Below, one piece after another: positions 1 through 10,688 of a stretch of 55,976 bases of DNA (position 1 is the first letter of the stretch; the number at the start of each line of letters is the position of its first letter). The position numbers were made by a program, and so were the translations under genes. The notes beneath the pieces are model-generated. The model searched no databases. It was not told where the DNA came from and saw nothing but the letters and a program-made list of their open reading frames with translations. Source of the DNA: Neoconidiobolus thromboides FSU 785 (lineage: Eukaryota > Fungi > Entomophthoromycota); assembly GCA_025603075.1 (NCBI GenBank), contig MU626394.1:1-55976 (forward strand), written 5' to 3'.

Positions 1-107
1 CCAAAATAAAAGGCTCGGGGCTGATTGTCTGTAAGCTCGAGAACACAACAACTTAGATGATTGTTATATTATAGTCAATCACAGAGCTCACAAAGCGATA
101 TTTCACA
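1..107 (-). mobile_element. 5' part of an LTR-like repeat (truncated by window edge), same family as 55707-55973
   Basis: Reverse complement begins TGTGAAATATCGCTTTGTGAGC and aligns over ~105 nt (roughly three quarters identical by eye) with 55707-55813. Similarity stops abruptly at the TG end. Confidence 0.55.
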
Positions 108-324
108 CTGGATTATATATTAAGGCTGTCATATTTTTTAACTTAGAATGTTTATATTTATTTTTAAATTAAACTGTCTATTACCAAATTATTTAAATAA
201 GTATAAAGTTTTCGTTTTTTAAATTATTATATTTTAAATAAAAACATTTTTAAAAAAATACCAATATTTATATAAACTAATTTGAATACTGTTATACTTT
301 ATTTTTACATTAAAACTTACATAC

Positions 325-418
325 AAGGATATTTTTTTGGTTTTATCACTTTCTTTATTTTCCAAAAGCTATTTGAGTGGAAACATTGTTAGTAAAACCC
401 TTAAAAAAACACACCCCC
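325..418 (+). mobile_element. ~98-bp MITE-like repeat, copy 1 (degenerate)
   Basis: Core GCTATTTGAGTGGAAACATTGTTAGTAAAA and ACACCCCC end match the family consensus. Confidence 0.65.
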
Positions 419-573
419 ATTTGTTTCTATTATTTTATATAGCTTACTGATAAATCCTTTATGCTTGTAATACTTTATATAGCTCATTTTTTATTATGTA
501 TTATACTTATAAACTATAATTTGTTTCAATTGTATAATTTAAAACTTATTAACTGTCAACTTTATCTAAGATT

Positions 574-672
574 GGGGATGTATTTTTGTGTTTAAGAATT
601 TTATTAACAAAATTTCCGCTTAAATAGCGCTTAAAAAATGCAAAAAATAATCAAACCAAAAAAAACACTCCC
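574..672 (-). mobile_element. ~98-bp MITE-like repeat, copy 2
   Basis: GGGGATGTATTTTTGTGTTTAAGAATTTTATTAACAAAATTTCCGCTTAAATAGCGCTTAAAAAATG...ACTCCC is nearly identical to 24475-24573. Confidence 0.8.
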
Positions 673-948
673 ACTATAGTACTATAAACAGTAATTGTTT
701 TTACTTAAAAATATAATGCATTGTTATATATTTATTAAGCAAGCTATTTTGAAATTTTTCTTTAACTTTCACTTTTTTATCATCTATTTATATTATAAAA
801 TAATATTGTGTATAAATTTAAATTTATAAAAATTAAAAATTAAAACTTTTAGCTTTTATAATACTTTTATCAAAAGTAATATATAAAAATAAACCAATCA
901 ACTTTTTCCCTTTCTAATTTAATTCTTAATTATTAAAGTTTATTATAT

Positions 949-1038
949 GGGGACATATTTTTGTATTTGAGATTTTACCAACCTTTCGGCTCAAACAGCG
1001 CTTAAGAAATGGAAAAATAATGAAAAAAAACATCCCCC
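949..1038 (-). mobile_element. ~98-bp MITE-like repeat, copy 3
   Basis: GGGGACATATTTTTGTATTTGAG...CTCAAACAGCGCTTAAGAAATGGAAAAATAATG...CATCCCCC. Confidence 0.7.
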
Positions 1039-1536
1039 TATTTCTTAAGAATAAATTTAAATTTTACTAAACCTAACAATTCTGATAAATATTTTTCTAT
1101 CAGACTTTATTTTATTTTAGCTTTGATAAGTCCATTTATTATCACCTAATAGTATTTATTTTACTTTTTTATTAGCTTTAAATTGGTTTATCTATTGCAA
1201 TAAATTTATTAAATAATATGAATTTCAAATAGGCCTTATTATACAAAAAATAGTTATTGTATAAGACTTTCAAATAATGAATAGATAAACAATGAAAACA
1301 TACATATAAAACATGATTGTGAACTTATATAAAGTCATAGCCTCCCTTTGTGGTATTTTATAAAAATTTAACCAGCTCATAAAATTATTTATATTTAATC
1401 TTAATACTTCAATTTCAACATTATGAATGTGTATATCAAATACTTAAAAGAGTAAGTTTGGTCTATAAATTAAGAATATAAAAAAATGTAAAACAAAGTA
1501 TAAAATGCTAGTAATTAATTTATTTTGGAAATACTT

Positions 1537-4500
1537 TTAAGCGTGAACTATTTCATTATTGAAAACTGGAATAGGGGGCGAGTTCTTTTCAGTTGGGAAT
1601 ATTCTCTTTAACGTAGCAGCATCATAAACAAATCCATTTAATACAACTTTGTCAATGAACTTGCTATGATCAATAGATTTAAGGGGGGAGTTTTCCCTGT
1701 TATATACAACCAAATCAGCTAAAAAGCCAGGCTTAATTTGACCAACACCATGGAGACCAAGGGATTGGGCTGGATTACGAGTAGCAACTTTAAGTACCTC
1801 ATAGTTAGTAAGATTACCTTGAGAAAAGAATTTTAACTCCCAATGGTAGCCAATACCTTTCCTCTGTCCATGAGCACCAGTATTAACAAGACCACCTTGA
1901 CGAATTACCTCACCAGCTGAACGAGCAATTTCAAAGTGGACATAATCCCTGTCATCAGCAGCTGGTTTGCGGAAAGTATCAGCTTCAAGTGGACGAAGAG
2001 GGTGTAATTTTCTAAGTGTGCCTTCTTCCCATACATTCGTGTTTTGATAAGCCCAATTTTCTCCCATAATACCACCATAAGATACAATAAGAGTTGGGGT
2101 CCAGGCAGTACCAGATTTAGCAAATAGTTGAATCAAATCTTGGTAAATTGTGCCAGTTGGAATAGAATGTTCGATAGTAGTATGACCATCGATAATTTGA
2201 TTAGTATTCCAGTAAGTATGCATACCACCCTCTGGAACAACAGTCATATTAAGTCTCTTACCTGCTTCAATTACCATTTGACGAGCTGCGCGGGCTGGTT
2301 GGTTATAAGATTTTACTGACCAAGCGCCATAAGCTTTGTGGCGACGAAGAGCAGATAAAGCATCTTCAATTGAGTTGATTTCAACTCTATAAGCGCCTGC
2401 TGCGCCATAGAGAATTGCGCCAGTACCAAATAATCTTGGTGCAACCAATCTACCAGAACGTTCATAATCTTGTTCAACATAATTGTCAACATCTTCATAA
2501 GATGGATTATGTTGAGTGGTGACACCATAAGCAAGTTGGAGTTGTTGTTCCCATTGACCTTGAACCGGGAATTGAGGAGTATTCCAATGTGCATGAGCAT
2601 CAATAAAACCTGGGACCACTGTACCACCGTTAAGATTATAAACCTTGGCGTTTTTTGGAATTTTGACATCCCAAGTATTACCAACAGAAAGAACCTTATT
2701 ACCCTTAACTACAACTCTACCTTCTTTGATAATATCTTTTTTTTCATCACCAGTTTGCATAGTAACAATTACGGCGTTGTCAAGTACAAATACATCATTA
2801 TCAGTTGGCTTATTGGTCTTGAGGACGACTGAAAGATCGTGTTTCTTTAATAAGTCCTTAGCACAGTCAGCGCCAAATTTGTATGTATCTTGAGAAGCAA
2901 TAGCTTCGCATTTAGCTTGGACGGCAGAAATATCAGCTTCGAATAAATTGGCAGCTAACAAATAATAAACTTTGCCATTTTTAATAATTGGATATTCACC
3001 ACCATCAGTTGTAAGTCTAATAAGATCCTTTGGTTGAGAGCCTGGCTTAGACCAGTATACATAATCAGTAGTATTTGAAGGAATAGATGAAATATAAACA
3101 TGATGATATTGATTAAATACGATTTTAGACCCATCATCACTAACTTCATTACCTTGATAAGAGTCATTTACTTGGCCATAAGATACAGTATTTCCGCTAG
3201 CAATATCGAAGAGATAAGGAGTGGTGGTAATGCCTCCAACTTTGACCTTTTTATCATCATTTACAAACTTGGCTTGGGCAGTTTCGCCAGGTATTAATAG
3301 TTTGTAAGAATTTTCAACAGCTTGGAAGCTAGGATCAAGTTGAACAGTATATACACCAGGTTTAGTTGTATATAATAAGTCTCCAGAAATTGGATCGCCC
3401 GAAGACTTGGTCAATGCTAAAGTCTTTCCATCATGAGATAAAGAAAAGTAATCATATCTTCCTGGCTTTAATTTAAGTTCAGAGACTAGTTTTTTCTCTT
3501 TGACATCGACAATCTCGACGGTAGTCATCTTTTTATCATTCCATCTTCCTTGTACAATAAGATTGGGATTAGTTGGGTGGAAACTTGGAGAGTATCGATT
3601 TTCTTCATCATAAGGTAATCTGATTTCTTCAATTTTGTTGCTTTCTAAATCTTTAATGTAAGTTTTCCCAACAACTATGAAAATAGCTTTCTTTCCATCA
3701 TTAGAAACATCATAATATTTAACTGCAGCGTTTTTGAACTCACTTTTGCAGTTATAATCTACTAAATCAATTTTTGGACGGAGGGTTTTGGCAATATCTA
3801 AGTTAACATCAACTTCAAATGGGATTTCTTTAATAGGTTTAGAATCAACTGGTACATTCCAAAGCTTCCCTTTAGCCCAAATGATGATGGATTGATCATC
3901 TTTGGTCCATGAGAAACGTGGGTAAGCACCAGTAGAAGCGCTTGATTCTTGATTATCACGAGATAGGCCTTCCCAAAGAATCTTCTCATTACCAGTTTCA
4001 AGCTCACGAACAATTAATCCCCAATTAAATTCAACTTTACGTACAAATGCTAAATATTTACCGCTATTAGAAGGGGTTGGGCGAGCTGCACCACCAGTTC
4101 CTCCAGCAATAGTTTCTTTTTCTTGAGAAGTAGTGTTAAATGAATAGATGTTAAAGATACCCTTATGTGGGTCTTTGCTGTACTCCCATGTTCCTTTATC
4201 AACAGAGTTTCCGGAATAGTAAATAAGGTCTGGATGGTTGGGGTCATAAATTGGTTCCTCAACACCAACTTGTTCATTTACACTTCCAACTAATTTCTTT
4301 CCTTTTTTGTTTTTGAGATCATATTCATAAATAGTACCAGCTGGGATAGAGCGTTCTGAAGTAAACCATTTCACACCGACAACTTTATCACCATTTGGTG
4401 ACCAATGACCATTACTAGTGAAACGGTATTTTTCATCAGTTACTGGGACTGGGTTGCTTTTACCATCTCTATCAACACTCCAAAGATTGTCAATTCCAGA

Positions 4501-4920
4501 ACGATCGGAAGTGAATAAAATACGCTTACCATCCTTGGAGTATTTAGGCTGTACTTCAAAGGCTGGTCCAGTGATAAGTGGTTTGGCTTTACCCCCAGTG
4601 ATTGGGAGAGTATAAATATCGCCAAGAACATCAAAAATAAGCTCGTTGCCTTCAGGATTTACATCTACATTAACCCAAGTGGCTTCATTAACTTTGTAAT
4701 TGAGTTTTTCGCTTAGTGGCTTCTTGATGTCCCATTCACCTAATGGACGAATAGGAAGAGGATCAGAATCACTAGAAGCTTTTCCATCATCAGCTTGAGG
4801 TCCAACTGAACTAACGGTTTTCGGACTTCCATGATCACCATAAAATTTATTGCCATGTCCAAGGACAAGTCCAATACTTCCTCCTAATAAATACACTACT
4901 GGTAGTTTAAAGTTTACCAT
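1537..4920 (-). CDS. Secreted TolB/PD40-type beta-propeller + C-terminal metal-dependent amidohydrolase (1127 aa, intronless)
   Basis: Hydrophobic N-terminus. TolB-like repeats (PKYSKDGKRILFTSDRSGIDNLW, WSPNGDKVV). Amidohydrolase motifs PGFIDAHAH, VKSYNQP, TTIEH, ATRNPAQSLG..GQIKPGFLADLVV. Confidence 0.9.
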   Translation of the reverse strand: MVNFKLPVVYLLGGSIGLVLGHGNKFYGDHGSPKTVSSVGPQADDGKASSDSDPLPIRPLGEWDIKKPLSEKLNYKVNEATWVNVDVNPEGNELIFDVLGDIYTLPITGGKAKPLITGPAFEVQPKYSKDGKRILFTSDRSGIDNLWSVDRDGKSNPVPVTDEKYRFTSNGHWSPNGDKVVGVKWFTSERSIPAGTIYEYDLKNKKGKKLVGSVNEQVGVEEPIYDPNHPDLIYYSGNSVDKGTWEYSKDPHKGIFNIYSFNTTSQEKETIAGGTGGAARPTPSNSGKYLAFVRKVEFNWGLIVRELETGNEKILWEGLSRDNQESSASTGAYPRFSWTKDDQSIIIWAKGKLWNVPVDSKPIKEIPFEVDVNLDIAKTLRPKIDLVDYNCKSEFKNAAVKYYDVSNDGKKAIFIVVGKTYIKDLESNKIEEIRLPYDEENRYSPSFHPTNPNLIVQGRWNDKKMTTVEIVDVKEKKLVSELKLKPGRYDYFSLSHDGKTLALTKSSGDPISGDLLYTTKPGVYTVQLDPSFQAVENSYKLLIPGETAQAKFVNDDKKVKVGGITTTPYLFDIASGNTVSYGQVNDSYQGNEVSDDGSKIVFNQYHHVYISSIPSNTTDYVYWSKPGSQPKDLIRLTTDGGEYPIIKNGKVYYLLAANLFEADISAVQAKCEAIASQDTYKFGADCAKDLLKKHDLSVVLKTNKPTDNDVFVLDNAVIVTMQTGDEKKDIIKEGRVVVKGNKVLSVGNTWDVKIPKNAKVYNLNGGTVVPGFIDAHAHWNTPQFPVQGQWEQQLQLAYGVTTQHNPSYEDVDNYVEQDYERSGRLVAPRLFGTGAILYGAAGAYRVEINSIEDALSALRRHKAYGAWSVKSYNQPARAARQMVIEAGKRLNMTVVPEGGMHTYWNTNQIIDGHTTIEHSIPTGTIYQDLIQLFAKSGTAWTPTLIVSYGGIMGENWAYQNTNVWEEGTLRKLHPLRPLEADTFRKPAADDRDYVHFEIARSAGEVIRQGGLVNTGAHGQRKGIGYHWELKFFSQGNLTNYEVLKVATRNPAQSLGLHGVGQIKPGFLADLVVYNRENSPLKSIDHSKFIDKVVLNGFVYDAATLKRIFPTEKNSPPIPVFNNEIVHA

Positions 4921-6772
4921 TGTCTTTTACCACCCACAAAATAAAATTATTTAAGTTAATTTATTCCAAAAATTTAACATTTCCTGAGGTATTTATATAC
5001 TATTTTTAATGCATTTCTAGTCATTTGGTAAAACTTCCCAAAATTAAGTCATCAAACTCGAATTTAATTAAACTTACCTCCATTTTTATGTTATTCCCAA
5101 AATTGAAGGCTTTTCAATTTCAGTTTAATCAGTTGATTTATATGCCTTATTACGAAATAAAATATTATCAAAATTATATACTTATTATGTAATAATAATT
5201 TAACTTTAATATATCATAAATGTGTAACCTTGTAATTTTTAAAATATTTACAGCTCATTTAATACATTGTTCAAATTTATTTGGAATACTTTTTAGTTTT
5301 TATTTAATTTGAGATGGAGTTCAATAAAATTACTTCATATGGAAAATGTTATAAATAAAATTTTTACTTTTAGCATTTTGAAAAAATAATACCTTGAAAT
5401 TATAAAATCACACTAAAAATCAAGTCATTCAAATATTCCTTAGTTAATTGATTTTAATACATTTTAGTATACTCAATATATTATTTTTTACAAGTTGGCT
5501 CACTAATAAAACTTAGTAAAAAAGCGGTATTTTCAAATTATTTATTGAGTATTATCATGATTAAAGCTATTTAATAATTAAATTACAATGCTTGGGTAAA
5601 GAGCACTTTCGATTTTTCATCTTGATAAATTATAGAAAGTGTTTATATTCTCTAATAAAAATCATGATTGTAAACCATATAGAATATGCTATGTTAATCC
5701 AATAAGAACATTACTTGAAAATAAGTAATATAGCATTCATTCACTACATAAATAATGAGACAAAGAGATAAAACTTTGCTCAAGTTATGTATATTTGAGC
5801 AATAATACATTTTTGGGTTTCGCTAATGTATAAATATCAATAAATACTTATCTTTTTCGATAGTTTACAAGTCTGGGTTCTAAATAAAATCTCTTAAGAT
5901 TTTTGGTAGTCAATTTGAATTAAAGAATAACATAAGGTTTTATTTTGTTTTTCACTTATAAAATAATATACTACTTACTGCAAGCTATGTTATATATATT
6001 AGCTACATTTTTACTATTGTAATTCAAACATGTCAGTTTTAAACTTACAATGCACTTTTTCAGAAAGCTCATTATTTTTTTTTCTAAATGCAGATTTCAA
6101 AATATGATGCCAATTATTTATTTCTTAAGCTTTTTAATTAATTTGGAAGATCTATTAAAACTTACTCGCATTGGGATTTTTATATAAGAGTTTACTTTCT
6201 CTCCAGGCTACAACCACGCCTCTTCATCTCCTTTCCCTTGAGCGGGAAAGCCTCAGATGGCTTGAATCAGAGTGGAGCTCTTTCCGCTTATCCAAATCTA
6301 TAAAAGGTAAGGATATACTGAGCGAAATCCCATACTTTTCAGAACACCACCTCATAATACTGTGTTTGGAGTACCAGCTTTTTATGCCTATTCTTCATTT
6401 ATCAACGTAAAGCACTTGAGGTACAAGTCTTTCAAGAAAAAGAGTGTTGCTTCTTTTCCATATTTTGTTCACCCTTAAAGGTAAAGAGTAAAAATTAACC
6501 CATCAAATTCTAAATAAAACATCTCAACATTCTAAACAGCAAAGTAGTTGAATTTCAAAATCGTATGAAAAAGCCTAACTTCTAAATTTTGCACTATAGC
6601 ATTACAAAAAATCCTTATCTTGTATTTTTACCTTCATATTGCTGTAAATGCAAAAAGTAAGAGTAGATGGTTATATTTTTTCATAACCTATTGCTAAAGC
6701 TTTTAATCAAAGTTAAAGATAGTTAGATGATTAAAGAGCGCTTTTGTTTTTTAGTGTTAAAATACAACATAA

Positions 6773-6870
6773 GAGGATGCATTCTTTTATTTAAGAACTT
6801 TACTAGCAATCTTTCCACTCAAATGGCACTTAAAAATGGAAAAGGTGATGAAACCAAAAAAAAGATCCCC
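6773..6870 (-). mobile_element. ~98-bp MITE-like repeat, copy 4
   Basis: GAGGATGCATTC...AAGAACTTTACTAGCAATCTTTCCACTCAAATGGCACTTAAAAATGGAAAAGG...GATCCCC. Confidence 0.7.
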
Positions 6871-7198
6871 ATATCTTTTAACTAATTAAGCGGCATTTAT
6901 TTTTAATACAATAGTTTAAAATGAATGTTTAGCTATATAAATACAACTTTTGAATTTTAGTTTAATTACTTTATTCTGTTATTTTACAATTATTTAACAT
7001 TATGATTATATATGATATATTAACATGTTTTTAAAAAGACATTTCAGTACTTATAATAAAATTTTACATTAATTAAAGCCATTATAAAATTTAATATAAT
7101 TAGATTTAAGTCAAATTAACATTGGACTTTAATAGAAAGGATCGATTTTAAATCGTCCAAAAATATAGTGCATAAAAGATAAATGAAAATAGCTAAAT

Positions 7199-7297
7199 GG
7201 GAGTGTTTTTTTTGACTTCACTATTTTTTCCATTTTTTAAGCGCTATTTAAGCGGAAAATTTGTTAGTAAAATTTTTAAACACAAAAATACATCCCC
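7199..7297 (+). mobile_element. ~98-bp MITE-like repeat, copy 5, flanked by AAAT/AAAT
   Basis: GGGAGTG...AAGCGCTATTTAAGCGGAAAATTTGTTAGTAAAATTTTTAAACACAAAAATACATCCCC with a 4-bp direct repeat AAAT on both sides. Confidence 0.85.
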
Positions 7298-7762
7298 AAA
7301 TGTTGTTTTGTTATATTTATTTCACTATAATAGTTCAATATGATTTTAGCTAAAAAGCAATGAAATATTATAAAATAAAAAAGTCTAATAAACTAAAAGC
7401 CTCAAATCGATTTTATGTAAAGGAACTTTCTATTTTAACATAGAAATCAGCTTCTTAGAATTCTCAGTTCATTTTATATGTTGATAATTAAATTAAAAGA
7501 ATAGAGCTAATAATATTCTATAATTGACCAAAGTTTAATGCTTATGTTTACTGCATTATTAAATGTGTCAAATTAATAGCATGGTTGGTAACATTAGCTG
7601 GAACTTGATATTTAAGCCTTATAATTTTTCATTCTAAAATAAAAATAGGCTTTATATTAAATAATAAGGCATACTACATCGCACATGAAATAGCTACGCG
7701 TAGAAGTATAAAAGGAATAGGATTTGAAGCTATATTTTTATCAAGTTTAGTATTGAATTAAA

Positions 7763-8209
7763 ATGATTAAAATTTTATTACTCATATTCGTTAGTTCCTC
7801 AAGTTATGTTTTAGGCCAGAACTATAAATTCAACTGTCCAAAGGCTACTGATAAGTGTTTTAGTAGTGGGGTTTCTTACCTTCCAACTGATAAAAACGCT
7901 CCTCAATGTTGGTTTAATAACAAGGGGAAATGGATGTGCACTCGAAAAGGGTATGATGGTACTTGTGGTAAGTCAAGCCTTTATAATGACATATCAAGGT
8001 GCAAATATGATCCCGTTATCCCACCAACGAAGAAATGCCCTCCTAAGAATGCTAAATGTTACGATAAATATGGTAGGCCCTACTCTGTTACAGGTTATAG
8101 TGTGCCTAAATGCTGGACTTCTTCTAATTATGGATGGAAATGTCGTAACCCAAGCTATGGCTCATGTACTTCAAGTGAGGTAGATATTCGCAAATGCACT
8201 TTTTATTAA
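7763..8209 (+). CDS. Small secreted cysteine-rich protein, two tandem 6-Cys repeats (148 aa)
   Basis: Signal-peptide-like MIKILLLIFVSSSSYVLG. Two repeats share C-x6-C-x16/17-CW-x7-W-x-C-x7/8-C-x-DI-xx-C, joined by a Pro-rich linker. Confidence 0.85.
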   Translation: MIKILLLIFVSSSSYVLGQNYKFNCPKATDKCFSSGVSYLPTDKNAPQCWFNNKGKWMCTRKGYDGTCGKSSLYNDISRCKYDPVIPPTKKCPPKNAKCYDKYGRPYSVTGYSVPKCWTSSNYGWKCRNPSYGSCTSSEVDIRKCTFY

Positions 8210-8254
8210 TTTAAACTTTGAATAAATTAACATATAAGGACAAATAAATTTTTG

Positions 8255-10184
8255 ATGTTTAATGCATTTTTTGTAATATATAAATTGCTTTTAGGTACTA
8301 TAATATATTTGTTCTTATTGTTACTTTGGTAGATTATGTTATCAATTTCTGATTCTTCAAATTTTAGTTCCTTGTCTACAATATGGTAATTATATTATGA
8401 TATAAGGTTGTCTTAATTTTGGATAGGATTGTGGCAACACTAGGGGTTAAAAATAAAGTAAATGTACACAAAATACAAAGTATAAATTTGAAAGAAGCTT
8501 GGTATGTAATATGATATGCTGAACTGACTATTAATTTTTGATAGTAAATCTATTCTAATAAGCTTTAAAAAAGTAAACTTAAGAGTATCAGCAAATCTTT
8601 TATTGGGAGTAGTGAAGGTTCTGAGCAAAAAAGTAGAGCTATGCTTAGGTATATTTGACGGTCAAAGAAAATAGCTTGTTAACTTTATTAAGACTTAGCT
8701 TTAAAAAATATTGACTACAAAACTAAGATCAAATTAACTAAGGACCAAACTTCTAGACAAGGTAGGGATTTACTTTACCTTATCCATTATCCGCATTGAT
8801 ATATTACAAAAGGATCTCCAATCAAAGACTCGTATAATAAAGAATTAACTGTTAAAGATAAGATAGAGGTAAATATTATATCAAATATCATGTATTTTAC
8901 TGAATACCGTAGTCAATTCTAGAAAAAGGCTTTATAGAAATTGATTATGATATCAATAAAGATGATTCGAACCGGCCATATAGTAAATTAATTATTTAAT
9001 GAAACACTTAATAACTTGCTCATAGGCATCAATTTAAATATTAAAGATAACCAACTTCTAAACAGCTATCCTATTTTAAAAGCCCCGGTTAGAATGGATG
9101 ATTTTTTGTGTGACAAAGGGTAACCGTTATATTTGTGTTATTCTTTTAATATCTTGTTTTTAGCATCAACTTGGATATTAATGAAGCAGGTTATATTTCA
9201 ATAATAGAAAAAGAGAATGTACTTTTTTTATGTTATTTCTTATTTTAACAATTTTCTAGTTTATTAGTTTACCAGATAATGTAATCAATGGTAGTCTTGG
9301 TTCTGTAGATGATAAAATTGGAACGTGGGACATAGGAAATAAATGCCAATATCTGGTTTTGAATCCGCTATTAGAAGATCTGCTTACTTGTATAAATGAT
9401 AATAGAGGGGTGAAGAGGAACATGAGATCAGATTCTATATGTGTAAACGATAAAGCTACAAGGTTGAAAAAAGAGATTGTTTGTAAAAAAACAGCTCGAG
9501 AAGAAAATACTATTGATTTGAATGAAAAGGTTTAATATATTCCAAAAAAATAAACTGACCCCTCTTTTAGAACTACGTCGATTATAAGAAGCAAGCAGAA
9601 TCGTACCTTGATTTAGATAAATACAGTATCGAATCTAGTTATATTCAATGATGTCTAAATAAATAAACTAGGGTCCTTAATACCAAACACAGAAAGTAGA
9701 AATGAAGATATCTTTGATGTAAATCCCCTTAATGACAGTAAACCGTTCATATATTAGCAATAAAAATAACAACTTTTAGACAATTTAAATAAAAACACCC
9801 CCATCGATAATAAGTAAATTCAGTACTCTATTATTTTTGTTTATTTGTTAAGATAATTAGATTACCAGGTTTGTATACACCAGATGCCCCAGGTAAAATA
9901 TTAGTAGTTTCGGCTTATTATTTATTAAACTCTAGATGAAAACAACTTTGATACAGCAAAAAAGAATTTAATAAAACAGCTAAAAAACAAAAGAAGGTTA
10001 AATTTTAATGAATTAAATATGGTGACTTCAGGAGAATCAGCAAGCTTATCCTTTTATTTGCTCTTAGGTAACTTCATTGATTTTTCAATTATTTAGTCAA
10101 TTATTTGTAGAATTAAAATCTGAAGATGTTGTCAATTTATTACAATACCCAAACAACTTCGACATTTTCATTGAGCTCAATTGA
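8255..10184 (+). CDS. REC8: Rad21/Rec8 kleisin (multi-exon), Rec8-like
   Basis: Spliced N-terminus LSTIWIVATLGVKNKVN...CKSI...NLRVSANLLLGVVKVLSKK matches the Rad21/Rec8 N-domain. Spliced C-terminus ASLSFYLLLELKSEDVVNLLQYPNNFDIFIELN* matches the kleisin winged helix. Alternative ATG at 8336. Middle exons only partly resolved. Rec8 versus Rad21 is inferred. Confidence 0.8.
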
Positions 10185-10688
10185 CATGAATAGCTATATA
10201 ACAATAGTTATTTGATTGTCTCGTGCTTTTTAAGCAGCCATGATAATATATTGAACGCTCAAACATATTTTTAACAATCGTTATTGCTCTAAATTTATGT
10301 AAATAACTTATTTTTATTAAACTGCAGTCTTAATTGAGATTATGTTTTATTTATGTGATTTTAAATTTTCAAGGTCGAAGTACCATAAGTTGACATCAAA
10401 GATAAAAACAATTGTATCAAAATATACTAATTATTATTCTCTCTTTTTTTTACAACTAATTTACATAAATCATCTATCGATCTCATTTCCATATACTAGA
10501 TAAATTGAAAAAGGAGATTGTTTTATTGCTGTATTAAATCTAAGCTGAAAGTAAAATTTATAGACCATGTTTATTAATAGATGTAAAGACCTTTTTAAAT
10601 ACTGTTAAATCTAGTACATGACATTACCTAAGGCAGATAATTCAGTACTACCTTGTTCTACCTTTTTTCTATTTGCAGTGGATAAATA

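Noticed and set aside
1905-4634. Numerous short ORFs overlapping the amidohydrolase, and similar shadow ORFs over COQ1, LIN1, ODC and the RWD gene
   Set aside because: Alternative-frame or antisense by-products of less AT-rich coding DNA, with no motifs.
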